A stretch of DNA of 64,000 bases from the NCBI GenBank assembly GCA_028707875.1, contig JAQWAC010000001.1, positions 13,829 through 77,828 on the forward strand, in the 5' to 3' direction. The notes below the pieces were generated by a model. It was not told the origin of the DNA and ran no database searches. It saw only the letters and a program-made list of their open reading frames with translations. Positions 30,306-38,660 of the stretch are shown here, one piece after another (within the stretch, counting starts at the first letter, position 1; each line of letters opens with the position of its first letter). The translations under genes were made by a program, and so were the position numbers. This DNA comes from Candidatus Peribacteraceae bacterium (GTDB taxonomy: Bacteria > Patescibacteriota > Gracilibacteria > Peribacterales > Peribacteraceae).

Positions 30306-30965
30306 ATGATTACTCTCACGGATGTCCTTCGGGACATTATTGCCGATAACCCGTTCCTGCAGTTCGGGATACAGAAACGGATCTTCAATCTCTCGAGTCT
30401 CAGTCGAGAACTGCAACCGCAGGTCGAAATTCGAGCCAAGAAGGATGTGCGCAGCAGTGCAATCCTGATGGCATTATCACGCCTGCAGCGTGCGGAGCAG
30501 AAAAAAGTTCCCCAACGTGAGCAAATTCATGCCAAGAGTGTCACTATTCAAACAGGTCTTTCGATTTACACGTTTACAAAAACAAAAGATGTCCATAAAG
30601 GCATGAATATGCTTTTCATCGAGCTGCAAAAGAACAATGGTTACATCACGATTTGTGAAGGAACTCAGGAAATTACCATCCTGCTGGATAGCGCGCATGC
30701 ACATCGTGTGAAGCATTTCATGCCCCAGCAGCCAAAATATCATCAAGATCGTCTTGCGGCGCTTGGCCTTTCGTTCGATGAGAAACTGTACCTGCCGACG
30801 CCAGGGATGATTTACCTTGTTCTTCAGCAGCTCATGCTGCAGAGCATCAACCTCATTGAAGTATCATCGACTTACACGGAACTGACGCTCTATGTCGCTG
30901 AACAAGACGCGAAGCTTGCATTTGAAACGCTCTATCGGCTCATTAATGCCGGAAAAGATTTTTAA
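30306..30965 (+). CDS. hypothetical protein (weak ACT-like C-terminal region)
   Basis: 219-aa ORF in a lower-GC stretch. The ACT-like assignment is only an impression from GMIYLVLQQL...IEVSSTYTELTLYV. Confidence 0.6.
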   Translation: MITLTDVLRDIIADNPFLQFGIQKRIFNLSSLSRELQPQVEIRAKKDVRSSAILMALSRLQRAEQKKVPQREQIHAKSVTIQTGLSIYTFTKTKDVHKGMNMLFIELQKNNGYITICEGTQEITILLDSAHAHRVKHFMPQQPKYHQDRLAALGLSFDEKLYLPTPGMIYLVLQQLMLQSINLIEVSSTYTELTLYVAEQDAKLAFETLYRLINAGKDF

Positions 30966-30990
30966 TGAAAAAGAATAACCAATGATGGAG

Positions 30991-31105
30991 TGGGGCGAGC
31001 GAAGGGTTTCGAACCCTCGATCCCGCGTCTGCGGGAGCCACAACTTGGCGTTTATTATTCATTCGCCACAGCATACTGCGGCGTGGCCAACTGAGCTACG
31101 CCCAC
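30991..31105 (-). pseudogene. degenerate 115-nt tRNA-His-like copy
   Basis: Its 3' terminal 30 nt (T-arm, acceptor, CCA) are identical to the tRNA-His, as are 17 nt of the 5' acceptor/D region. It keeps the TTGTGGC loop string, but the D-stem and anticodon-stem partners are missing and about 37 extra nt are inserted. No G-1. Confidence 0.5.
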
Positions 31106-31129
31106 AGGTATATGTAATTGAATTGATAG

Positions 31130-31207
31130 TGGGGCGAGCGAAGGGTTTCGAACCCTCGACCTCCAGGGCCACAACCTGGCGCTCTAACCAACTGAGCTAC
31201 GCCCGCC
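31130..31207 (-). tRNA. tRNA-His (GUG) with encoded G-1 and CCA
   Basis: GGCGGGCG-TA-GCTC-AGTTGGTTA-GAGC-G-CCAGG-TTGTGGC-CCTGG-AGGTC-GAGGG-TTCGAAA-CCCTT-CGCTCGC-C-CCA folds as a cloverleaf. G-1 pairs with C73. Confidence 0.9.
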
Positions 31208-31253
31208 ACGTGAAAGGCATGGTACTGAGAGTGGGCACCGAATTCCAGTGAGC

Positions 31254-33563
31254 TTATGCCGATTTCTTCCGATCATCGGAGATATTGTCCGCGCGAATGA
31301 TCGCGATGGTGCTGTCCGTCGCCTCGCCTGTCGGTGCCGGAGGTGTGACAGGAGATTTTCCGGGGTGTGTTTCCGACTTCGCGGGTGCGGCGGGTGCCGG
31401 CGGTTTCGGTACAGCAGGCTCGGCGATCGCCTGTTCCTCACGGATCATTTCCTGTTCCAGATCATCGGCTTCCGATTCCGCGGATTTTTGTGCGGTATCG
31501 GTTGCAGAGGGTGCGGCGGATCCCGCCGCTTTTTCCTCCTGTTCGCGCTTTCGCTTGTTCGTCTTGTAGCGTTGTCGCTTCTTCTTTCTGCGCTCCCTCT
31601 CCTCGGGCGAAATTTCCTGTACCGGAGATTGAGTCTGGGACGGAGTAGGAACAGCCGGTGATGCGGTGATTGCAGAAACCGGTGACGGTTCCGAAGGAGG
31701 CAACGAAGATTGCGCCGGAGGCGCACCGGCCGGTTCGGGCGGGTTCGCGGGTTTCACAACTTGTGGCGGGGCGACCGGCTCGGGAGCCGGAGTCATGGCG
31801 GCGATCACCGGCGGCGGGGGAGGGGCAGTCGGTTCCTGAACGGGCTCCGGAGACGGGTGAGGAGCGGATGCCTGTGCAAGCCAGGGGGGAATGGAAGCAT
31901 CATTGTCGGACGAAGAAGCAGCAGGGGGAGGAATCGATTCTGTGGCCGTCATCGATGTATTTCCCGACGGAGGAGTGGAAGGCGGAGGAGGGGGCGGTGA
32001 CGAAGGCGTCTCTTCCTGCAGCGTCGGGGGAGGAGGTGTGGTGAATGTGTGTCCGGAACGCGTCGCTTCCTCATGCGCCTGTTTGAGCCAACTGGGAGCC
32101 TGGTTTTCATCAAATTGCAGGGTCGATGGCGGTTCAACGGACGAAATCTCTTCCACCTTCGGCACCTCCTCCGCAGGCGCTCTCTCCGCCTTGGGCGTCC
32201 TTCGCACGGGGGCCTCTTCTTCACGCATTGCGGAGACATCGATCACCGGCATCGGAGGCGCATGATCGAGTGACGAAGACTTTCGCTCTCCGGACGCGGT
32301 GCGGCTCTTCTGCGGTGTGGTGGGGGTTTTGTCCGTATCGAGATTGCGCTTCACGATTCGTGCGATGATGAACATCGCCATGAATCCGAGAATCAGGGAG
32401 GCGATCACCACGAGCAGAATCACGCCGATGGTTCCCCACATTCCGCTTGGAACACCCGTTGCGGCTACGCTTGATTGAGCCGAGGATGCGGCGGAGGAAG
32501 ATGAGACGGACGAAGCGGATTGTCCCGAGGAGGAGGCACTGCCCGTTTCCCCCGAGAGAACAGATGTGACTTGAAGGGCGCCGCCGGTATCAAGAACGTT
32601 TTGTGCCGTCTTCAGATCCCGCACCGTGAGTCGCACGGTGTAGGAGTTGTTTTTCGAGAAGGTGTGCATCGGACGGTCGAGCATGCTCTGCCGTCCGTCC
32701 CCGAAGTCCCAGAGGAAGAGGAGTGCGCGCCCGGATGCGGTGAGTGCGTTTTCTTTCAGGGAGAAACCGAAGACGCCATTCCCGCGGTCATCGACGGCAA
32801 TGAGAGGGGTGCCACCCGAATTCGGAAGCGAGGGGGTGGAATCGGGACGGGGAACCGTGACGGCGGCGGTCGTGACACGCAGCGTCTGTGCGGTCGTTCC
32901 CTGCGCCCCCATGCTCATGATGGTGATCGTTCTGTCCGTGGAGAATTCCGGGAACCAGATCCGGAGAGGTGTTCCGTCGGTGAGGAAGAACGTTCCTTCG
33001 TCATCCGTATCGTTGGAGGGATTTCCGTCCCGATTGTTGTCGATGGTATGGTCCAGATCGAGCGAGAGGCGTGCGGTGCCCGGAGAGAGTGGTGAGAGGA
33101 GAATCGTCTGCTGGTTTCCCAGAACAACATTGTTTCCTTCCTCGACGGGCGGGTCGGTCCGGACTATCGGCGTCCCCGTCATGATGCCTGGTGTCGAGGG
33201 AAGCGGAAGAGCCGCGGAACTCACGTGAATGAAAAATGTGCGCACCAGCATCGCCGGAGACGCGGCGTTTCCCACTTCGGCTTTCAGCGAGAAATTGCCC
33301 GTTTCGACGAACCGTTCATGGAAGATCCGTCCCCGGTCCGCCTGCACGAATGAGCCGTCCTCCTTCAGGAGCGTCCAGGAAACGGATGAATCCGTGCCGG
33401 GCAGAGCTGCGAGGATCTCGAAAATGGAACCGACGCTGAGGGTGATGTCCTCTGTCGTGCTTGTCGAAGCGGCGGAAGCGCCACCTGCAAAGAATGTCGT
33501 GAAGAGCAGCCCGGCGAGAATGACGGGAAGGGGGAGCCGATGGCGAAGGCGCGAGAAAATCAT
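31254..33563 (-). CDS. single-pass membrane protein: extracellular PKD/Ig-like domains, Ser-rich linker, TM, long Pro-rich plus Lys/Arg/Glu-rich tail
   Basis: Signal peptide MIFSRLRHRLPLPVILAGLL. PKD signature LWDFGDG...YTVRLTV. TM WGTIGVILLVVIASLILGFMAMFII. Tail has PPPPPP runs and EERERRKKKRQRYKTNKRKRE. An alternative GTG start at 33587 overlaps the upstream pilin stop (GTGA). Confidence 0.8.
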   Translation of the reverse strand: MIFSRLRHRLPLPVILAGLLFTTFFAGGASAASTSTTEDITLSVGSIFEILAALPGTDSSVSWTLLKEDGSFVQADRGRIFHERFVETGNFSLKAEVGNAASPAMLVRTFFIHVSSAALPLPSTPGIMTGTPIVRTDPPVEEGNNVVLGNQQTILLSPLSPGTARLSLDLDHTIDNNRDGNPSNDTDDEGTFFLTDGTPLRIWFPEFSTDRTITIMSMGAQGTTAQTLRVTTAAVTVPRPDSTPSLPNSGGTPLIAVDDRGNGVFGFSLKENALTASGRALLFLWDFGDGRQSMLDRPMHTFSKNNSYTVRLTVRDLKTAQNVLDTGGALQVTSVLSGETGSASSSGQSASSVSSSSAASSAQSSVAATGVPSGMWGTIGVILLVVIASLILGFMAMFIIARIVKRNLDTDKTPTTPQKSRTASGERKSSSLDHAPPMPVIDVSAMREEEAPVRRTPKAERAPAEEVPKVEEISSVEPPSTLQFDENQAPSWLKQAHEEATRSGHTFTTPPPPTLQEETPSSPPPPPPSTPPSGNTSMTATESIPPPAASSSDNDASIPPWLAQASAPHPSPEPVQEPTAPPPPPVIAAMTPAPEPVAPPQVVKPANPPEPAGAPPAQSSLPPSEPSPVSAITASPAVPTPSQTQSPVQEISPEERERRKKKRQRYKTNKRKREQEEKAAGSAAPSATDTAQKSAESEADDLEQEMIREEQAIAEPAVPKPPAPAAPAKSETHPGKSPVTPPAPTGEATDSTIAIIRADNISDDRKKSA

Positions 33564-33583
33564 GGGAAAGGACCGGTTCCCGG

Positions 33584-33928
33584 TCACTTGATGCTGAGCA
33601 CGAAGTTCACAATGGCCGATGCGAGCATGATCACGAGGAGGCCGACAATGGTATAGATAATCATCTTCTTTCCCGTTTGCTTCACCTGCTCGTTTCCGAC
33701 GATGATGGCGATACCTGCGAAGATGATCATGGCGACGGCAAGAATCGCCACGAATGTCAGGACTTTCTGGACGATATTGATGATGGTTGTCTTGAGGTTG
33801 TCGCCGCTTCCACCGACTTGTATTCCGCCCGCATCACCGATGCTGATCGCAGCGAGGGCGATGCGCGGGATAAATACGAGGGTGAATGCGCAGAGGCGCA
33901 ACCAGGCGTGATGGAAAAAGTGTCTCAT
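33584..33928 (-). CDS. TrbC/VirB2-like T4SS pilin family protein, paralog C
   Basis: Signal peptide, short exposed segment, two TM helices. IINIVQKVLTFVAILAVAMIIFAG...KKMIIYTIVGLLVIMLASAIV. Confidence 0.75.
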   Translation of the reverse strand: MRHFFHHAWLRLCAFTLVFIPRIALAAISIGDAGGIQVGGSGDNLKTTIINIVQKVLTFVAILAVAMIIFAGIAIIVGNEQVKQTGKKMIIYTIVGLLVIMLASAIVNFVLSIK

Positions 33929-33932
33929 ATAG

Positions 33933-34283
33933 TTATGAAACGAAGGAGAGAACAAGGGCGACGATTGCTTTGGAAAGCAGGATGATGAGGAGGCCGATCA
34001 CAGTATAGATGATCATCTTCTTCGCCTTTTCCTTGGAGCTTTCATCGTACGATCCCACGATCATCCAGACACCGGCGAAGATGATCATGGCAACGGCAAG
34101 CAGAGCCACATACGTGAGGACCGTATTGACGATCTTGGTGATGGATGCTTTCAAATCCCCGCCGCCCCCCACATTGATCTCCCCCGCACCTCCGAGCGTC
34201 GACGCTGCAGCGACGCGTGGAACGGTTATGAGCGTCAGTGCGCAAAGACGTGCCCACATTCGGGAGGAAAACACCTTCTTCAT
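33933..34283 (-). CDS. TrbC/VirB2-like T4SS pilin family protein, paralog B
   Basis: ITKIVNTVLTYVALLAVAMIIFAG...KKMIIYTVIGLLIILLSKAIV. Start at MKKVFSS (34283). Confidence 0.75.
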   Translation of the reverse strand: MKKVFSSRMWARLCALTLITVPRVAAASTLGGAGEINVGGGGDLKASITKIVNTVLTYVALLAVAMIIFAGVWMIVGSYDESSKEKAKKMIIYTVIGLLIILLSKAIVALVLSFVS

Positions 34284-34284
34284 G

Positions 34285-34689
34285 TTATTCGGCAAAGGAA
34301 ATAAAGAGGGAGACGATTCCTTTTGAGAGGAGAATGATGAGAAGTCCGATACCGGTATACAAGATGACCTTCTTGGCCGTTTCTTTCGCCTGGTCATTGC
34401 CGAAGCTGACGATCATATAGAAGCCGGCAAAGATAATGACACTCACGGCGATGATGGCGACGTAACTCAGGACCGTGTTCACAATTTTCCCGATCACCGC
34501 ACGGGGGCTCCCGCTTTTCACTCCCTGGATGTTTTCTCCCGCATTGATTCCAGCTTCCAATCCTCCGCTGTACACGGCGGCGGAGAGATGTTCGAATTCC
34601 GGCGCGACCTGAACGGCCGAGAACGCGAGCGCCGCGATGAAAAACATGACGGAGAGCAATGATCGCATGGGAGATGAGGTGGTTGTCAT
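34285..34689 (-). CDS. TrbC/VirB2-like T4SS pilin family protein, paralog A
   Basis: IGKIVNTVLSYVAIIAVSVIIFAG...KKVILYTGIGLLIILLSKGIV. Confidence 0.75.
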   Translation of the reverse strand: MTTTSSPMRSLLSVMFFIAALAFSAVQVAPEFEHLSAAVYSGGLEAGINAGENIQGVKSGSPRAVIGKIVNTVLSYVAIIAVSVIIFAGFYMIVSFGNDQAKETAKKVILYTGIGLLIILLSKGIVSLFISFAE

Positions 34690-34751
34690 GGAGTGTTGGT
34701 ATTTCGCTAGTATGATAGCATAAAACGCGTTTCCTCGCTACTCTTTGCTGC

Positions 34752-35759
34752 ATGCGTCCGATTCAGCCAAAAACGGCCTTGAGACGGGCAGACAACCTGT
34801 CTGCATTATTGATAACAAACCTCATCAATATTCGTTACCTCACGGGGGTCGATGTGAGTGCGGGGGCCATGCTCGTGACGCCGCGCAGCTGGCGCCTCTT
34901 TGTGGATGCCCGGTATGGGGAAATGGCGCAATCCCACATTCGAACGGGAATAAAAGTGGAAGAGCGGGAATTATTGGCACGATTTCTTGAGTCCGTTCCT
35001 CTGTGCGGTTGCGAGGAGGAGACGGTGACGCTTGCGCAATATAGGCGATGGAAGAAGAATTTTAAGAACACAAAATTTGTTCAATTATCCGGAATGATTG
35101 AGGACTTCCGGCGATCCAAAGACACGGAGGAGCTCAGAAAGTTCAGAAGGGCCCAAAAGATCACGCAACAAATGCTCACGAGAGTTCCCGCAGTGCTTCG
35201 ACCGGGAATCACGGAGCGTGCTCTTGCCTGGAAACTGACGGAGTGGGCGCACGAACTCAAGGCCGACGGACTCGCATTTGAGCCCATTGTCGCCTTCGGG
35301 CCCCACACGAGTCGTCCGCATCATCATGCGACTGATCGGGAATACAGGGAGGGCGATCTTGTGCAGGTGGATACCGGTGCGCGTTTCGGCGGCTACTGCG
35401 CGGATCAGAGCAGGGTGTTTTTTACGGGACCGAAAACTTCCGAGCAGGCGCATGTGTTTCAAGCGGTCGAGGAAGCGAAGGATGCAGCGACAAAAATGGT
35501 GCGTGCGGGGGTCGGGACGCACGAGCTCGATCGAGTCGCGCGCGCGGTGTTGAAGAAACACGGGCTTGAAAAGTATTTTGTGCACTCGCTCGGGCACGGC
35601 GTCGGTCTGGAAATCCATGAGGGGGTGACTTTGAGTCAGAAGCGCCCGAACGAAAAACTTCTGAAAAACGAAATCATCACCATCGAGCCGGGCGTGTATC
35701 TCCCGGGGAAATTCGGGATGCGTCTCGAAGATGAGATTGTGGTGGAGAAAGAAGGTTAA
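34752..35759 (+). CDS. Xaa-Pro aminopeptidase (M24 family)
   Basis: DLVQVDTGARFGGYCADQSR, HSLGHGVGLEIHE, IEPGVY, RLEDEIVV. Confidence 0.9.
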   Translation: MRPIQPKTALRRADNLSALLITNLINIRYLTGVDVSAGAMLVTPRSWRLFVDARYGEMAQSHIRTGIKVEERELLARFLESVPLCGCEEETVTLAQYRRWKKNFKNTKFVQLSGMIEDFRRSKDTEELRKFRRAQKITQQMLTRVPAVLRPGITERALAWKLTEWAHELKADGLAFEPIVAFGPHTSRPHHHATDREYREGDLVQVDTGARFGGYCADQSRVFFTGPKTSEQAHVFQAVEEAKDAATKMVRAGVGTHELDRVARAVLKKHGLEKYFVHSLGHGVGLEIHEGVTLSQKRPNEKLLKNEIITIEPGVYLPGKFGMRLEDEIVVEKEG

Positions 35760-35865
35760 TCCTCATGATAAAGCCAAGAACAGTAGTGTTAAAAATTCTT
35801 TTCCATGTACTGTAAGAGAATAAAGAGGTTCTTGCCTGAAGGAGACCGGCATCGGTATTCATGCT

Positions 35866-37287
35866 ATGATGACCGGAAAAATGCACATCCACAGAACACC
35901 TCTCCATCGGCCGTGCCGCGCTCCGGTCCCTCTGCACATTCGCGTCCTTCTCGTTCTGATTTCCGTGTTCGCTCCCGTGATGGCGGTGGGCGTGAGTAAG
36001 AATGCGGCCCATGAGCAGGAATTTATCATCACGGCGTACTATTCGCCGGTTCCCGGTCAGTGTTGTTATGTCATGGGCGGTCTGCAGGCGGACAAAGTAT
36101 TGAACGGAAACGGAGTCCGCGGCGCCGACGGGACCGAAGTGCATCCGGGCATGATCGCGGCACCCGCGAGCTACGCATTCGGCACGGTTGTCGTGTTACC
36201 GGGAGTCGGACGCTTCACGGTTCACGACCGCGGCGGGGCGATTCAGGAACTCGATTCGGGCGCGCATCGTCTGGATATCTGGGTGGGCTACGGCGAAGAA
36301 GGATTGGCGCGCGCCCTCGCGTTCGGCGTGCAGCATATCCGCGGGACGGTCTATCCCGTCGGGGGCAATCAGCCGAAGGAGAAGTTTGTGATGGAGAATC
36401 TTCCGGCAGTCATCGCGCGTCTGCGACCGTTCCAAGTTGCCGGGAATTCCCTGCTTTCGGTGACGCCGCGGAGCGGAGAACAAGGTCTCTCCGTTGAGCT
36501 TCTGCAACGTTCCTTGAAGGATGCGGGGTACTTCTCCCAGCGCGTCACCGGAAAATTCGGATCGACGACAGCGGAAGCTCTGCGTGCATTCAACGATGCA
36601 TTCGGTCTCTCGAATGAACCGTCGGATCGTCTTTCGGAGAAGAGTGCCGCCACACTCACGGCCGCGGTGCAACGCATCGCCGCCCGCCCTCCGGTGCAGA
36701 AAGCCGTTGATAAAACCGCATCGGCCCAGGCGATACGCTCCGCCCAGAGGACACTCCGGTTCCTCGGCTTCTACAGCGGACGAACCAACGGTACCTATGA
36801 TGACAATCTGTTTGACGCCATTCTTCGATTCCAGCAGAAGAAAGGTCTTGTCGGGTCGGCGGAGAATGCCGGAGCGGGACGTATCGGTCCGCTCACGCGC
36901 GGCAAGCTCACCGAATCATGGGACAGAAGGATTGTCGCTGCGATGGCCCGGCGTCTTCTGGCACTGCATCGCGTGGAAACGGTGCTCGATGAACGCGGAA
37001 AAAACGTCGCACGTTTTCTCGAAACGGGTGACAATGGCGATCAGGTGGCGCTTCTCCAGCGTCTCCTCTCCGATCGCGGATTCTTCCCGTCGGAAAAAAT
37101 CAACGGGAATTACGGTGCACTCACACAGTCGGCCGTCCTGAAATATCAGATGGCCCGCAAACTCATCACATCCGAGAGCGATGCGGGTGCGGGGCAGGTG
37201 GGGCCGCTGACGCTCAGAGCACTTCGTTCCGAGGAGCGCAAAGAGTTGTATTTGCTCGTGCGCAGTGAAGGATGGAGGGCGCTATAG
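35866..37287 (+). CDS. secreted 3D-domain (MltA-like barrel) protein with three peptidoglycan-binding (PG_binding_1-like) repeats
   Basis: ITAYYSPVPGQ...GADGTEVHPGMIAAP...HDRGGAI...LDIWVG, then three repeats of the type GDxGxxVxxLQxxLxxxGxxxxxxxGxxGxxTxxAV. Confidence 0.8.
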   Translation: MMTGKMHIHRTPLHRPCRAPVPLHIRVLLVLISVFAPVMAVGVSKNAAHEQEFIITAYYSPVPGQCCYVMGGLQADKVLNGNGVRGADGTEVHPGMIAAPASYAFGTVVVLPGVGRFTVHDRGGAIQELDSGAHRLDIWVGYGEEGLARALAFGVQHIRGTVYPVGGNQPKEKFVMENLPAVIARLRPFQVAGNSLLSVTPRSGEQGLSVELLQRSLKDAGYFSQRVTGKFGSTTAEALRAFNDAFGLSNEPSDRLSEKSAATLTAAVQRIAARPPVQKAVDKTASAQAIRSAQRTLRFLGFYSGRTNGTYDDNLFDAILRFQQKKGLVGSAENAGAGRIGPLTRGKLTESWDRRIVAAMARRLLALHRVETVLDERGKNVARFLETGDNGDQVALLQRLLSDRGFFPSEKINGNYGALTQSAVLKYQMARKLITSESDAGAGQVGPLTLRALRSEERKELYLLVRSEGWRAL

Positions 37288-37357
37288 GGGGCAGGATGAG
37301 GGGGGAGGACGTAGGTCAATTGCTCTTTGGTCATGATATCGGCAAGATGCCCTGGCC

Positions 37358-38398
37358 ATGCAGAAGTTCATTCTGACACTCCTCGTATTTACCGTGTGCG
37401 TTCCTGCGGTTTCCGCCGCGGAAAATGTCTCACGTCGTGACGGATTTCTTCTCCTTTGGGAGGGGATTGCCCGCAGTGCGGATGAGACGAGGGAGAAGCC
37501 GTTCACCGACGTTCCGGGAGGGTCGGGGGGCTTTACGGAAATCACGTACGCCAAAGCACGCGGACTCATCGATGACGGAGAGAGTTTTCGTCCGGAGGAT
37601 TCTCTGACACTCGGCGACGCTCTGCTCTGGCTTTTCAGAACACGAAATGTCGATGATATCGACGCCATGACGCCGGAATCGCTTCCGACACTGCTCGGCA
37701 ACTATCCGATTGCGGGTCAGGATGCGGAAACGGACGAACCGGTTGGAACTTCGGAAAAACTGCTTGCCTTAGCGAATAAACTGGACACGATGCTCGCGGA
37801 GGAGGTGCATGAAGTGAGTCTGTATTCGGAGAAGTTCCACGGGAAGGGGACGGCCTTCGGCGAGTCGTTCGACATGTACGCACTCACTGCGGCACATCGC
37901 ACCTTCCCCGCGAACACTCTCGTGAAGGTGACGAATGTGGAGAACGGCAAGAGCGTCATTGTGCGCATCAATGACCGCGGCCCGTACGTGGAAGGTCGCG
38001 ATATGGATCTGAGTCTGGCGGCCTTCACGATGATCGCACCGCGCGGACAGGGAGTCGCACGGGCCCGCTTCCAGCGACTCGGGGATGCATCTCTCGTGGA
38101 TGCCTGCACGGGGGAGACGCGTCGCTATCAGAAACGCATCACGCGTGACGTGCGTTTTCATCGCGGAGTGCCGTGGAAATCCGCCATCGGCGAACCGCTC
38201 GTGCTCGGGGCCAATCGTCCGTTCGTCGTTCGCGATGTCACCTATCCGGACGGGACCGTTGAGTGGTTTGAGGATTGGATCCTTCCCGAGGAGGCCTTCA
38301 CGTTGACCGCTTCCATCCCGGGAATCTACACATTCCGTTTCTCAAACGGAACGGGGCATACACGCAAAATGCAGATGGAGATGTGGCAGTGTCGATAA
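37358..38398 (+). CDS. RlpA-like double-psi beta-barrel lytic transglycosylase with N-terminal SLH-like segment
   Basis: YSEKFHGKGTAFGESFD, TAAHRTFPANTLVKVTNVENGKSVIVRINDRGPY. Signal peptide present. Confidence 0.8.
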   Translation: MQKFILTLLVFTVCVPAVSAAENVSRRDGFLLLWEGIARSADETREKPFTDVPGGSGGFTEITYAKARGLIDDGESFRPEDSLTLGDALLWLFRTRNVDDIDAMTPESLPTLLGNYPIAGQDAETDEPVGTSEKLLALANKLDTMLAEEVHEVSLYSEKFHGKGTAFGESFDMYALTAAHRTFPANTLVKVTNVENGKSVIVRINDRGPYVEGRDMDLSLAAFTMIAPRGQGVARARFQRLGDASLVDACTGETRRYQKRITRDVRFHRGVPWKSAIGEPLVLGANRPFVVRDVTYPDGTVEWFEDWILPEEAFTLTASIPGIYTFRFSNGTGHTRKMQMEMWQCR

Positions 38399-38505
38399 CG
38401 CGGAAGGGCAACTTGCGGTTTCTCTCCCGCGAACCCTGGTTCGTCTGTGCTCACCACGGTCTTTTTCCTTATAGGAGTCGCTTCAGGCAGTCCCGAGCCT
38501 GACGA

Positions 38506-38533
38506 GGGCTGCCTTCGCGAGGCAGTCTTTTTG
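38506..38533 (+). terminator. rho-independent terminator after the RlpA-like gene
   Basis: GGGCTGCC-TTCGCGA-GGCAGTC-TTTTT. An upstream duplicate GGCAGTC (38486-38492) can pair with the same 5' strand. Confidence 0.55.
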
Positions 38534-38660
38534 AAGAATTATACAAATGATTCACAGATCGATTGTTTATTTGCAGAGCAATGCCGATTTGTACACGGGG
38601 GGAAATAATAGATCAAAACCACAATAAATAAATGTATCAAGTTGCCACTACGGGCGTCCG

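Noticed and set aside
30991-31105. Treating the 115-nt tRNA-like sequence as a functional intron-containing tRNA.
   Set aside because: I could not form a D-stem or a 5-bp anticodon stem with a 7-nt loop after removing any contiguous insert. I report it as a degenerate copy pending tRNAscan-SE.
31285-32440. Numerous overlapping ORFs on both strands over the proline-rich region (31285-31569, 31670-32044, 31891-32265 and others).
   Set aside because: These are compositional artefacts of the GC-rich, Pro-coding repeat region of the PKD-protein gene.
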